Notes under the pieces: generated by a model
The model's input: the letters and a program-made list of their open reading frames with translations, nothing else
Told to the model about the DNA's origin: nothing
Databases searched by the model: none
Shown here: positions 28,898 to 36,692 of the stretch, one piece after another
Position numbering within the stretch: the first letter of the stretch is position 1
How the letters are laid out: each line of letters opens with the position of its first letter
Assembly (NCBI GenBank): GCA_945901965.1
Contig: CAMDMN010000001.1
Location: 1-39,898, forward strand
DNA from: Legionella genomosp. 1
Lineage (GTDB): Bacteria; Pseudomonadota; Gammaproteobacteria; Legionellales; Legionellaceae
Length of the DNA: 39,898 nt
Direction of reading: 5' to 3'
Position numbers and translations under genes: made by a program

Positions 28898-29464
28898 TTA
28901 CAATTCCTTTTTCTGTAAACGTGACTTGACAACCCTACCAGGATTCCCCACTACAATTGAATAAGGAGGAATAGGACCACTCACTACTGATCCAGCTCCA
29001 ATCACTGACCCTGTACCAATATGTGCACCAGAAAGCAAAATGGCATTTGGGGCAATCCACACATGATCTTCAATTACAATACTATATAATTTATTATTAA
29101 AAATAATGGTTTTAAAATCATGTCCTTGTTCTATAAAAGGAAGATTTAAGTCATCAAAACGATGGTTAGCCGTTCTAACCCAAGCCCCTCGCGAAACCCA
29201 AACATGATTACCAATCCAAATCGGATAAGAATCTCCTGCAGCAATACTTGCAGATTCTCCTATCATAAAATTATCACCAACATTAATCATATTTTTAATC
29301 CCAATACTGGATCCACGCTCAAAAATAGCTTGTTTACCAATACGATCTTTCAATATATATTCCCAATATTTTCTCCGAAGCCATCTTCCTAATTGGGTTT
29401 CAGGATAATAAATAATAATAAAACTAATCCACTGCTTAATCTCAATAATGAATAATTTAAACAT
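28898..29464 (-). CDS. Hexapeptide-repeat (LbH) acyl/acetyltransferase
   Basis: 188 aa with hexapeptide repeats ending IAPNAILLSGAHIGTGSVIGAGSVVSGPIPPYSIVVGNPGRVV. It has a hydrophobic N-terminus. Confidence 0.8.
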   Translation of the reverse strand: MFKLFIIEIKQWISFIIIYYPETQLGRWLRRKYWEYILKDRIGKQAIFERGSSIGIKNMINVGDNFMIGESASIAAGDSYPIWIGNHVWVSRGAWVRTANHRFDDLNLPFIEQGHDFKTIIFNNKLYSIVIEDHVWIAPNAILLSGAHIGTGSVIGAGSVVSGPIPPYSIVVGNPGRVVKSRLQKKEL

Positions 29465-29606
29465 AAAGATCCTTGCCTATAAATGATAATTTATTACTGT
29501 TAATATAAATTTAAAAAATTAAAATCAATATTATGAGAGTTATAAAATTTATTTTTAAAAATAAATTAACTTTAACTAACTTTATAAGAGTTAAATTGAT
29601 TTGATT

Positions 29607-30233
29607 TTAATTAAAAATTATTTCCTCATTTGATTTTATCAATTTATTTTTTAAAACTTCAACACCAAACCTGTCAGACAAATTATGCAATATAAACTGG
29701 TGTCCAACTTCAACATAACCATAATCATAAGAGTCTAACCAAAAATTAAAATGTCCAATCTCCCTTAAAGAATTATTATTATCAAAGCCAGTAAAAGTAA
29801 CAACATTAACACCTCGTTCTATCGCTACTTCTACAGCATTACATATATTTTTAGATTTTCCGGAGCTACTAATTGCAATTAGCATATCACCTGATTTAAT
29901 AAATTGTGATAATACTCTAGAGTATGCATTCTCATAACCAAAATCATTTGCCATACAAGTAATCAGCGATGATTCGTGTAATACTTGCGCATTGATCTTT
30001 GCAACATTAACAAAATCAACTTGGGCATGACTTGCAACGGCCGCACTACCACCATTGCCAATAATATAAAGCGACTGTTTGTCTTGACGAATCTTTCGTA
30101 GATTGTCCAATACTTGTAACATTGCTAATTCAAGATTAACTATGTTCATTTCTTCATTTGTACAAACTGTATTGGTGATAATCTGAGCGAATTCAGTAGC
30201 GCGATGGTTAAGTTGCATTTTATTTAATTCCAT
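29607..30233 (-). CDS. SIS-domain sugar-phosphate isomerase, GmhA/DiaA-like
   Basis: 208 aa. IIGNGGSAAVASH and GDMLIAISSSGKSKNI match the phosphoheptose-isomerase-type SIS motifs. Confidence 0.8.
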   Translation of the reverse strand: MELNKMQLNHRATEFAQIITNTVCTNEEMNIVNLELAMLQVLDNLRKIRQDKQSLYIIGNGGSAAVASHAQVDFVNVAKINAQVLHESSLITCMANDFGYENAYSRVLSQFIKSGDMLIAISSSGKSKNICNAVEVAIERGVNVVTFTGFDNNNSLREIGHFNFWLDSYDYGYVEVGHQFILHNLSDRFGVEVLKNKLIKSNEEIIFN

Positions 30234-31162
30234 ATTAATTCTCCATTTTCTTTTATTTTTTCAAAATTTTTTATTACCATTAAACCCATTGCTTCAATAG
30301 CCTCTGAAGTACTACCACCTATGTGACTTGTTGCAAAAAAATTATCTAATGCAAGTAATTTTTCAGACACTTTCGGCTCTTCCTCAAATACATCTAAAGC
30401 TGCTGCTAAATATTTGCTTTTTAATACCTGATACAACGCCACTTCATCAACTAACCCCCCTCGAGCGGTATTAATTAGAATTGCCCCTTTTTTCATTGCG
30501 TTTAATTCATCAAACCCAATAAAATGATGGTTTTCTGGAAGTAATGGAATATGGAGTGAGATTATATCTGACTGTTCTAACAGTGTGTTAAGCTTCACCT
30601 GCTTTACATGTGTCATTAAATTATCATGGGTTTGAATATCATAAATTAAACATTTACAACCGAACCCTTGGAGTAATAAAGCCAAATCTTGGCCAACAGC
30701 ACCAAACCCAATAATACCAACAGTCTTATTTGAAAGTTGACTTCCAGTAGGTTGCTGCCATTGTCCTTTCTTAATCTTTTCATAAACTATATGTAAATGA
30801 CGCTGTATTGTAAAAATTAGACCTAAGACTAATTCTGATACTGAACGCTTATTCAATCCAGGAGTAGCTGCAAAACCTATACCACGACGCTCCAAAGCGT
30901 TAAGGTCAATCTTGTCTATACCAGTACCCATTTTACAAATTACTTTCAAATCTGGTAAATAGTCAAGAAGTTTATCATCAATGACTTCTAAGCCAATAAT
31001 TGCATGTGTCGCTCCATGCAAAAATTTAATTAATGCTTCATCAGCCAACTTAATTCCAGCATCATTAAATTTTACATTAGTAAATTTCTCTCGCAATCTT
31101 TGACGAAGGATATTATTTTTTGAAAATGAACGAGATGTAACTGCAACTAATTGTTTATTCAC
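30224..31162 (-). CDS. D-isomer-specific 2-hydroxyacid dehydrogenase (SerA/PdxB-like), NAD-binding
   Basis: 312 aa. Motifs are the NAD motif GIIGFGAVGQDLA, NTARGGLVDE, LDVFEEEP and TSHIGGST. It has a GTG start. Confidence 0.85.
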   Translation of the reverse strand: MNKQLVAVTSRSFSKNNILRQRLREKFTNVKFNDAGIKLADEALIKFLHGATHAIIGLEVIDDKLLDYLPDLKVICKMGTGIDKIDLNALERRGIGFAATPGLNKRSVSELVLGLIFTIQRHLHIVYEKIKKGQWQQPTGSQLSNKTVGIIGFGAVGQDLALLLQGFGCKCLIYDIQTHDNLMTHVKQVKLNTLLEQSDIISLHIPLLPENHHFIGFDELNAMKKGAILINTARGGLVDEVALYQVLKSKYLAAALDVFEEEPKVSEKLLALDNFFATSHIGGSTSEAIEAMGLMVIKNFEKIKENGELIWN

Positions 31163-31176
31163 AATAAAACATATCC

Positions 31177-31932
31177 TTATTCATGCTCAAAAAAATTACT
31201 TATTTTCTCAATGTGAGAACCTGCAGAAGCATAATCAATATACCAAGATATATCTCTACTTGGTTTAAGTAGTTGAATAGGATATTCAAACTCACCTAAA
31301 TTACTAAATACAGATTTAACCACATGAGCTTTAGATTCACCTGCAACAAGAACGGCTACTAATATTGCAGAATTTATTGCTTGCAAAGTTAAACTAATAC
31401 GACGCGATTGTAAATGTTTAACATCGATATTTACGACTATATTATTAGAATTTAATGACTCCTTATCGTCAGGAAATAATGAGGCAATATGACCGTCTAC
31501 TCCAACCCCCAATAACACAAAATCAAATTGTGGAAGGCCTTTTTCATTTTTAGGTAAATTTGAATTTAGCTTATTTTCATAAAGAATAGCTGATTCATGC
31601 GGAGTAATATCTTCCGTTTTTATACGATGGATATTTGCAACATTAAGTGAGACGTGACTCAGAAATCGAGAACTAATCATATTAAAGTTATTATCTATAT
31701 GAGATTCTGGCACAAATCGTTCGTCAGTTTGATAAATATGTACAAATTGCCAATCGATTTGATCAACATAAGGTTTGTTAGCTAAAAGAGAATAAAATAA
31801 CTGTGGCGTGTTTCCTCCAGATAGAGCAACATGAAAACTACCAGAATTACTAATATTAAATTTTGCCTGATTAACAAATTGTTGTGCAAGCATATGACTA
31901 AGTTGCTCTAAATTTTTTTTAACATATTGCAT
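31177..31932 (-). CDS. 6-phosphogluconolactonase-family protein (Pgl/DevB/NagB fold)
   Basis: 251 aa. ALSGGNTPQLFY, YQTDERFVP and LLGVGVDGHIASLFP match Pgl signatures. Confidence 0.8.
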   Translation of the reverse strand: MQYVKKNLEQLSHMLAQQFVNQAKFNISNSGSFHVALSGGNTPQLFYSLLANKPYVDQIDWQFVHIYQTDERFVPESHIDNNFNMISSRFLSHVSLNVANIHRIKTEDITPHESAILYENKLNSNLPKNEKGLPQFDFVLLGVGVDGHIASLFPDDKESLNSNNIVVNIDVKHLQSRRISLTLQAINSAILVAVLVAGESKAHVVKSVFSNLGEFEYPIQLLKPSRDISWYIDYASAGSHIEKISNFFEHE

Positions 31933-31975
31933 GCAATCATTCCAATATTATTAACCAATTGAAATTAAAAAACAT

Positions 31976-33115
31976 CTAAACCAACATATTAGATTTGGTA
32001 AAAGCAATTTTTTCTTGAGATTTAATAGCCCTCCCACTTAATAAATAAAGTCGACATAGATCTTTAAATAGCTGATCATTAGCAATATTTGCTTTAGAAA
32101 TTAAGCTATGTTGATTAAGTAAAATTAAACTCAACACATCATTACCTGTATTTTTTTTATCCTTAGAGATTGCTCGTAGGAATGCATCTAACGGAATAAA
32201 TTCCTGAGCATAATCAATATAATTTTGGGCTAATACTGCATGCATTCTAATATAATGTTCAGATGTTGTTAAATTAGTTTCCATAGCAATATAATTCGCC
32301 ATATCCATACCAATCGTTACTGCAATTCCATGAGGAATCTTATACTCTGTGGCTGACTCAATTGCATGACCAAAGCTATGGCCATAATTCATCACCTGCC
32401 GTATATCTCTATCAAATTCATCTTGTTCTATAATCTCTTTCTTAATTTCTAATGACCGACGAATATAATACGTCATCAATTCATTATTTTCGAAAAGACC
32501 ATCATAATCTTTTGATATTTGATTAAATGATTTCTCGCCGTCAATTGCATGTACCTTTAACATTTCACCAATTCCAGATCTAATAGCCTGAATATCTAAT
32601 GTCTTGAGAAATTCTAAATAAATAAAAATCTGCTTGGGTGGAGTAAAAGTTCCCAATATATTTTTAGCATCCCCACAATTTATAGAACTTTTAGAACCGA
32701 TGCAAGAATCTGCCTGAGCAAGAAGTGTAGTCGGGACAAAATACCATTCTACCCCGCGCAACATATTAGCAGCTAAAAAACAGGTAATATCTTGAATAAT
32801 ACCACCGCCAATCGCGATTAATTGCTGATTGCGCCGAAGCTTATTTTTTACTAAATGTTCAACATAAGCTGGCATTTTCTCTAGAGATTTATTTTTTTCA
32901 TCCGCTTCAATTGTTAAAACAGATATGGCAGATGTCAATATCTCTTTAAGTTGGTCGTGATAAAGAGTAAATATATTTTTATCTATTATGATATGGCTTT
33001 GATGAATGATTTCCTTATCAAGTTGAAATTTATTTCCCTCCATAAAACTTACACTATACCTTCCCTTATGAGATTGAACTTCAAATGAATAATTAGACAC
33101 GGGTAAATCCTCCAT
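31976..33115 (-). CDS. 3-dehydroquinate synthase-family sugar-phosphate cyclase (divergent AroB paralog)
   Basis: GGGIIQDITCFLAANMLRGVEWYFVPTTLLAQADSCIGSKSSIN, AKNILG, SGIGEMLK, RQVMNYGHSFGHAIE, HGIAV and SKDKK align motif by motif with AroB. The start is ambiguous between GTG 33136 and ATG 33115, and both overlap the upstream SDR stop. Confidence 0.85.
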   Translation of the reverse strand: MEDLPVSNYSFEVQSHKGRYSVSFMEGNKFQLDKEIIHQSHIIIDKNIFTLYHDQLKEILTSAISVLTIEADEKNKSLEKMPAYVEHLVKNKLRRNQQLIAIGGGIIQDITCFLAANMLRGVEWYFVPTTLLAQADSCIGSKSSINCGDAKNILGTFTPPKQIFIYLEFLKTLDIQAIRSGIGEMLKVHAIDGEKSFNQISKDYDGLFENNELMTYYIRRSLEIKKEIIEQDEFDRDIRQVMNYGHSFGHAIESATEYKIPHGIAVTIGMDMANYIAMETNLTTSEHYIRMHAVLAQNYIDYAQEFIPLDAFLRAISKDKKNTGNDVLSLILLNQHSLISKANIANDQLFKDLCRLYLLSGRAIKSQEKIAFTKSNMLV

Positions 33116-33812
33116 CAACAGCAATATTTTGCCCACTTAAATAAGTATTTTCTTCACTCACTAACCATAAAACAAATCTAGCAATCTCATCAGGCTGACC
33201 TAATCTACCAATTGGAATTTGCTGCACGATTTCAAGTATTTTATCTTCGCCTAAAATCTGTTTGGTCAAGTCAGTTTCAATAAATCCAGGCGCTACACAA
33301 TTAGCTAAAATTCCATATGAAGCTACTTCAGCAGCCAATGCAGCTGTCATACCATCTAACGCAAATTTACTAGCAGAATAAGGTGCACGCCAAGATTTAC
33401 TCACTTTACCTAAAACAGAACTCAAGTTTACTATTCTTCCCCATGCCTTTTTACGCATCCCAGGAATCACTGATCTACACAAAATAAATGGAGCGTTAAG
33501 ATTTACTCGTTGTATATTATTAAAATTTTCTAAGGTTGTGTTTTGAAAGGGAGCTATAATATTAATTCCTGCGTTGTTAATCAAAATATCTGGTTCTAAT
33601 TCAGCAAGTATTTCCGCAAATTTCTCCGTGCTTTTTTCACACAGAAAATTAACCGAATAATATTGAAAATCATCAGAAATTGTAGTCTTTTCACTTGTTC
33701 CAGTAATTAACACTTGTGCGCCAGCAAATTTAAGTTGCTGAGCTATAGCAAGCCCAATTCCTCTATTAGCTCCCGTTACAACAGCCATTTTACCATTTAA
33801 CTCAATTGTCAT
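33093..33812 (-). CDS. Short-chain dehydrogenase/reductase (FabG-like)
   Basis: 239 aa with VVTGANRGIGLAIA, NNAGI and YSASKFAL (YxxxK). Confidence 0.9.
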   Translation of the reverse strand: MTIELNGKMAVVTGANRGIGLAIAQQLKFAGAQVLITGTSEKTTISDDFQYYSVNFLCEKSTEKFAEILAELEPDILINNAGINIIAPFQNTTLENFNNIQRVNLNAPFILCRSVIPGMRKKAWGRIVNLSSVLGKVSKSWRAPYSASKFALDGMTAALAAEVASYGILANCVAPGFIETDLTKQILGEDKILEIVQQIPIGRLGQPDEIARFVLWLVSEENTYLSGQNIAVDGGFTRV

Positions 33813-33845
33813 TTAATGCTACTTCTTCTGTTATTTATTTGTAGA

Positions 33846-34916
33846 TCAGTCAATAAGTTCAAAATTTAATTTTTTGCTTTTAGATTTAGCTTTTAAAGAC
33901 CAACGGTCACTCCATGCTAGATCTGCATAGTATATTTGATACACAAGCGACATAGTATTATAAGCATCTTCTAAAGTGCCATGCTTGATCTCAGCTTTAC
34001 CTAAAATTGCATCAGCAAATTCTGCAATTTCATATTTCCAAGAATTATCTTCATTATAACGAGTAGTTTGTTCTTTAGGGTCACCACAGTCGTCTTGGGT
34101 TGCCCAAGCGATAGTCATTTTTTCAGAGCCATAACTTTTTGAACCTGAAAGAATTCCACTTAGAGTAATAGCCCCCTTTTCTAAACTAATATCTAACTGA
34201 AATTGATGACGCCATTGAGTTGCTGAAGAATGCAACATCGCCACAATTTTATTTTTAGTACGCATCAGTGCATATGCATTATCTTCAACATCATGTTTCC
34301 AAAAATCATTCGAAATAAAACTATGAACTTCACTAAACTCTCCACCAAATAAGCGTAAGAGATCAACCATATGAATTCCTTGATCAAGCAATATTCCTCC
34401 ACCTGCTATAGCACGCTGACTTCGCCAATCAGAATTTTGACCAAAATTAATTATTTTTGATTTACCATACACCCCACGCAAATTAATTACATCACCTAAT
34501 TCCTTGGAATTAATTATACTTAGAGCCGCTGAAACGGAATCATGATATCGATGATTAAATCCATATTTTAACTTAAGATGTGGATGTTTTTTCTTACAGG
34601 CGACTACCAGATCCATATCAGATAAATCACGTCCAGGTGGCTTTTCACAAAAAACATGCAACCCTCTTTCTAACCCCGCAACAGTAACTTCTGCAGCAAT
34701 ATCATTTGTCAAACACACGAAAAGAATATCTAAATCTTGAGCCAGCAACTCTTTATAATTAGAAAAATAAGGGACACCGCTATCCATTTTACCACTGCTC
34801 ATAAAATGTCGGTCACAAATAGCAACTACTTTTAAATTAGCATGCAAATCGATATGAAAATGACGACGCTTTCCAACAACACCATACCCTGCAATACCAA
34901 CCCTTAATTTTTCCAT
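33846..34916 (-). CDS. Gfo/Idh/MocA-family NAD(P)-dependent sugar oxidoreductase
   Basis: 356 aa with N-terminal VGIAGYGVVGKRRH, the EKP motif VFCEKPPG and GFNHRYH. It is the first gene of the long minus-strand operon as currently arranged. Confidence 0.9.
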   Translation of the reverse strand: MEKLRVGIAGYGVVGKRRHFHIDLHANLKVVAICDRHFMSSGKMDSGVPYFSNYKELLAQDLDILFVCLTNDIAAEVTVAGLERGLHVFCEKPPGRDLSDMDLVVACKKKHPHLKLKYGFNHRYHDSVSAALSIINSKELGDVINLRGVYGKSKIINFGQNSDWRSQRAIAGGGILLDQGIHMVDLLRLFGGEFSEVHSFISNDFWKHDVEDNAYALMRTKNKIVAMLHSSATQWRHQFQLDISLEKGAITLSGILSGSKSYGSEKMTIAWATQDDCGDPKEQTTRYNEDNSWKYEIAEFADAILGKAEIKHGTLEDAYNTMSLVYQIYYADLAWSDRWSLKAKSKSKKLNFELID

Positions 34917-34966
34917 AAAACATCCTAATTTATAAAAAATACAGTTATTTTTTTAGTAAGCCCTAA

Positions 34967-35117
34967 ACAATAAATATTGGTGCATATGCCCTTCAACTTT
35001 TTCAATGTCATTTGGACTATCAACAGAAAATGAATGTCGATAAGGATATGGCGCTATGGGCTGTTTTAATCCATGATCCATTATACAATTACTGTCACAA
35101 CGTTCTTTTAATTCTAA
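34967..35117 (+). pseudogene. IS3-family transposase (OrfB) C-terminal remnant, part 1 (interrupted by IS5-like insertion)
   Basis: The plus-strand frame reads ...MNVDKDMALWAVLIHDPLYNYCHNVLLIL. It continues in frame with 36289-36437 once the IS and one CTAA copy are removed. It is 5'-truncated near 34960. Confidence 0.6.
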
Positions 35118-35259
35118 CACCTCGTTACTAATTTGTAACGGATAAATTTTTCATTTTTAAGCTTTCTATTTTTTTATCGGATATACCAGAGTCAACTTTT
35201 TAGCTCATTAATTTTTTTGACTGTTGTCACAAAATTAGATCATCTAACGCATCCTGTAA

Positions 35260-36177
35260 CAACGCCCCCCTTGGCTAACTATTTGTGCCAATTTATCAAT
35301 GAGGCATGTGGTGTTGTAGGTGGATATGGCGGTTTACAAAAGCGCCTTATAATTAATAAGGGTATAAACCATCAGCTTCATCCCGAAATGCTGTGTGCTT
35401 GATCCACAAAAATAGTCGCTTGAATTCGTCATCCAAGGAGAACACGCGCACTATTGTTCTTAACTGATCTTCGAATATGGCCTTATCAAAAAACCGGTTT
35501 CTGCCTCGCTTTTTAGCATTTCTATTACTCTTGTTTTCATTGATATTTGGCGCCATACCCACATTGAAAATCATTTTTTCTATTTTTTTAGAGTCATATG
35601 CCCCATCCAGACTTATAAATGAACGTAAAACATCCATACTAACGGCTTTTGCAATATCTTTAAGTTTGTTAAATGCGCCTGGAAATAGTTTGGTCTCATT
35701 CGCATTGTCAGGTCCGGTAACAATGGGGGCAACGACATTACAGTTCCTATCACACAACGCGACTATTTTATCTCCTGTCAGATGATTGTGGTCGCTTTTG
35801 CCAATATTATCGCAACTTTTTTTGCAGAGGTTATTGTGCTGTTCCCGTGAAGAACGCTGGTGTCTAAAAGAGACTCCCTCTCTAACTTTGCAACCGATGA
35901 TTCAAAAACTCGGTCAAAAAACCGCTGTTAACCCAGTTTTGGAAGTGTCTAAATAATCGAGAGTAACTTATCTCGGTCCTTCAAAATGGATCTTTATCTA
36001 TAGTGAGTTTATACCACTGGCATCCCGCGCGCATTAAGATCAAAAAATAATCAAGCATCTTAAAATATGAGATTTTTGGTTGTGGTCCTTGGCAACCTCC
36101 CTTTATGTGCGCAAAAACAAATTAATTAAAGCCAGACTAGGATAATTCAGTGGGTTCCAGCTGTAGCACGTCTTCAT
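35260..36177 (-). pseudogene. IS4/IS5-type DDE transposase, multiply frameshifted and stop-interrupted
   Basis: Minus-strand fragments appear in three frames: LDEDVLQLEPTEL, GGCQGPQPKISYFKMLDYFLILMRAGCQWYKL, the 134-aa ORF 35353-35757 (DGAYDSKK...NRNAKKRGRNRFFDKAIFEDQLRTIVRVF...FKRL) and a YKALL tail. The order matches IS5-family transposases. Confidence 0.7.
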
Positions 36178-36191
36178 CCAGGAGATTCCCC

Positions 36192-36284
36192 AATTTCTAT
36201 TAATTGTGTACCGCGAGCATGATACACCAGAAAACCCTTACCTACACTGAATTTAAAGGAAATTAGAAACTAGCAACGAGGTGA
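36192..36284. repeat. 93-bp IS5-like transposase-proximal end, copy 1
   Basis: My ungapped alignment to 39517-39609 gives 82/93 identical positions. Both copies end in ...AGAAACTAGCAA[C/G]GAGGTGA. Confidence 0.88.
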
Positions 36285-36288
36285 CTAA

Positions 36289-36437
36289 AAGTTGAATTAA
36301 TTCATGAATGTGCTTATAAAACACCTGAGCAAGCAAGTCTTAGCATATTTCAATACCTGGAAGTATATTATAATAATAATTGAATGCATTCAGCTATTGA
36401 CTATAATACTATATTTGAGTTCAAATGTGCTGGGTGA
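36289..36437 (+). pseudogene. IS3-family transposase (OrfB) C-terminal remnant, part 2
   Basis: The frame reads (K)VELIHECAYKTPEQASLSIFQYLEVYYNNN*MHSAIDYNTIFEFKCAG*. This matches the IS3-family tail pattern Y-x-T-x-E-x-A-x-x-x-I-F-x-Y-I-E-x-x-Y-N-x-x-R-x-H-S-x-x-x-Y-x-x-P-x-x-F-E. There is one internal TGA where Arg is expected. Confidence 0.7.
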
Positions 36438-36692
36438 TTGTCAAAGATCGGTATCCACTAAAACACGTAAGATTATCATGATACACCAGAATCTGCAGCT
36501 CGAAATGTTACGAATATTTGGTAAGGTTTAAGTCTCAGTATTGTAATTTATCAGATGAATTACTTGGCCGAGTTGAATCCACGTTAAGTGATGTCGTTTC
36601 TGAAAGAAAGTACAAGATGAAACTTTCATTAACTTATTGATGCTGATTAAGTTAAATTAAATATAAGTTATGATTTTTATGGAGAGATTGGC

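Larger units (their letters stand above)
35118..36284 (-). mobile_element. IS5-family insertion sequence, 1167 bp, transposase pseudogenised
   Basis: Imperfect terminal inverted repeats: CACCTCGTTACTAATTTGTAA at 35118 versus the reverse complement of the right end, CACCTCGTTGCTAGTTTCTAA (18/21). It is flanked by a CTAA direct duplication (35114-35117 and 36285-36288), which fits the YTAR target of IS5-type elements. DDE transposase fragments lie on the minus strand. Confidence 0.78.

Noticed and set aside
34953-35117. Minus-strand open frame (...LELKERCDSNCIMDHGLKQPIAPYPYRHSFSVDSPNDIEKVEGHMHQYLLFRAY*) that looked like the 3' end of a gene truncated by the IS.
   Set aside because: The plus strand of the same stretch, joined across the excised IS, reads as a conserved IS3-family transposase tail. 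The minus-strand frame has no recognisable family features and is best explained as an antisense open frame.
35217-35785. Plus-strand ORFs 35217-35402 and 35477-35785 inside the IS5-like element.
   Set aside because: They are antisense to clearly transposase-like minus-strand fragments. They have no motifs and are low-complexity or hydrophobic, as expected from antisense reading.
36304-36531. 75-aa plus-strand ORF from the track (MNVLIKHLSKQ...).
   Set aside because: It overlaps the IS3 transposase remnant in a different frame. The transposase-like frame carries the recognisable conserved motif and this ORF has none.
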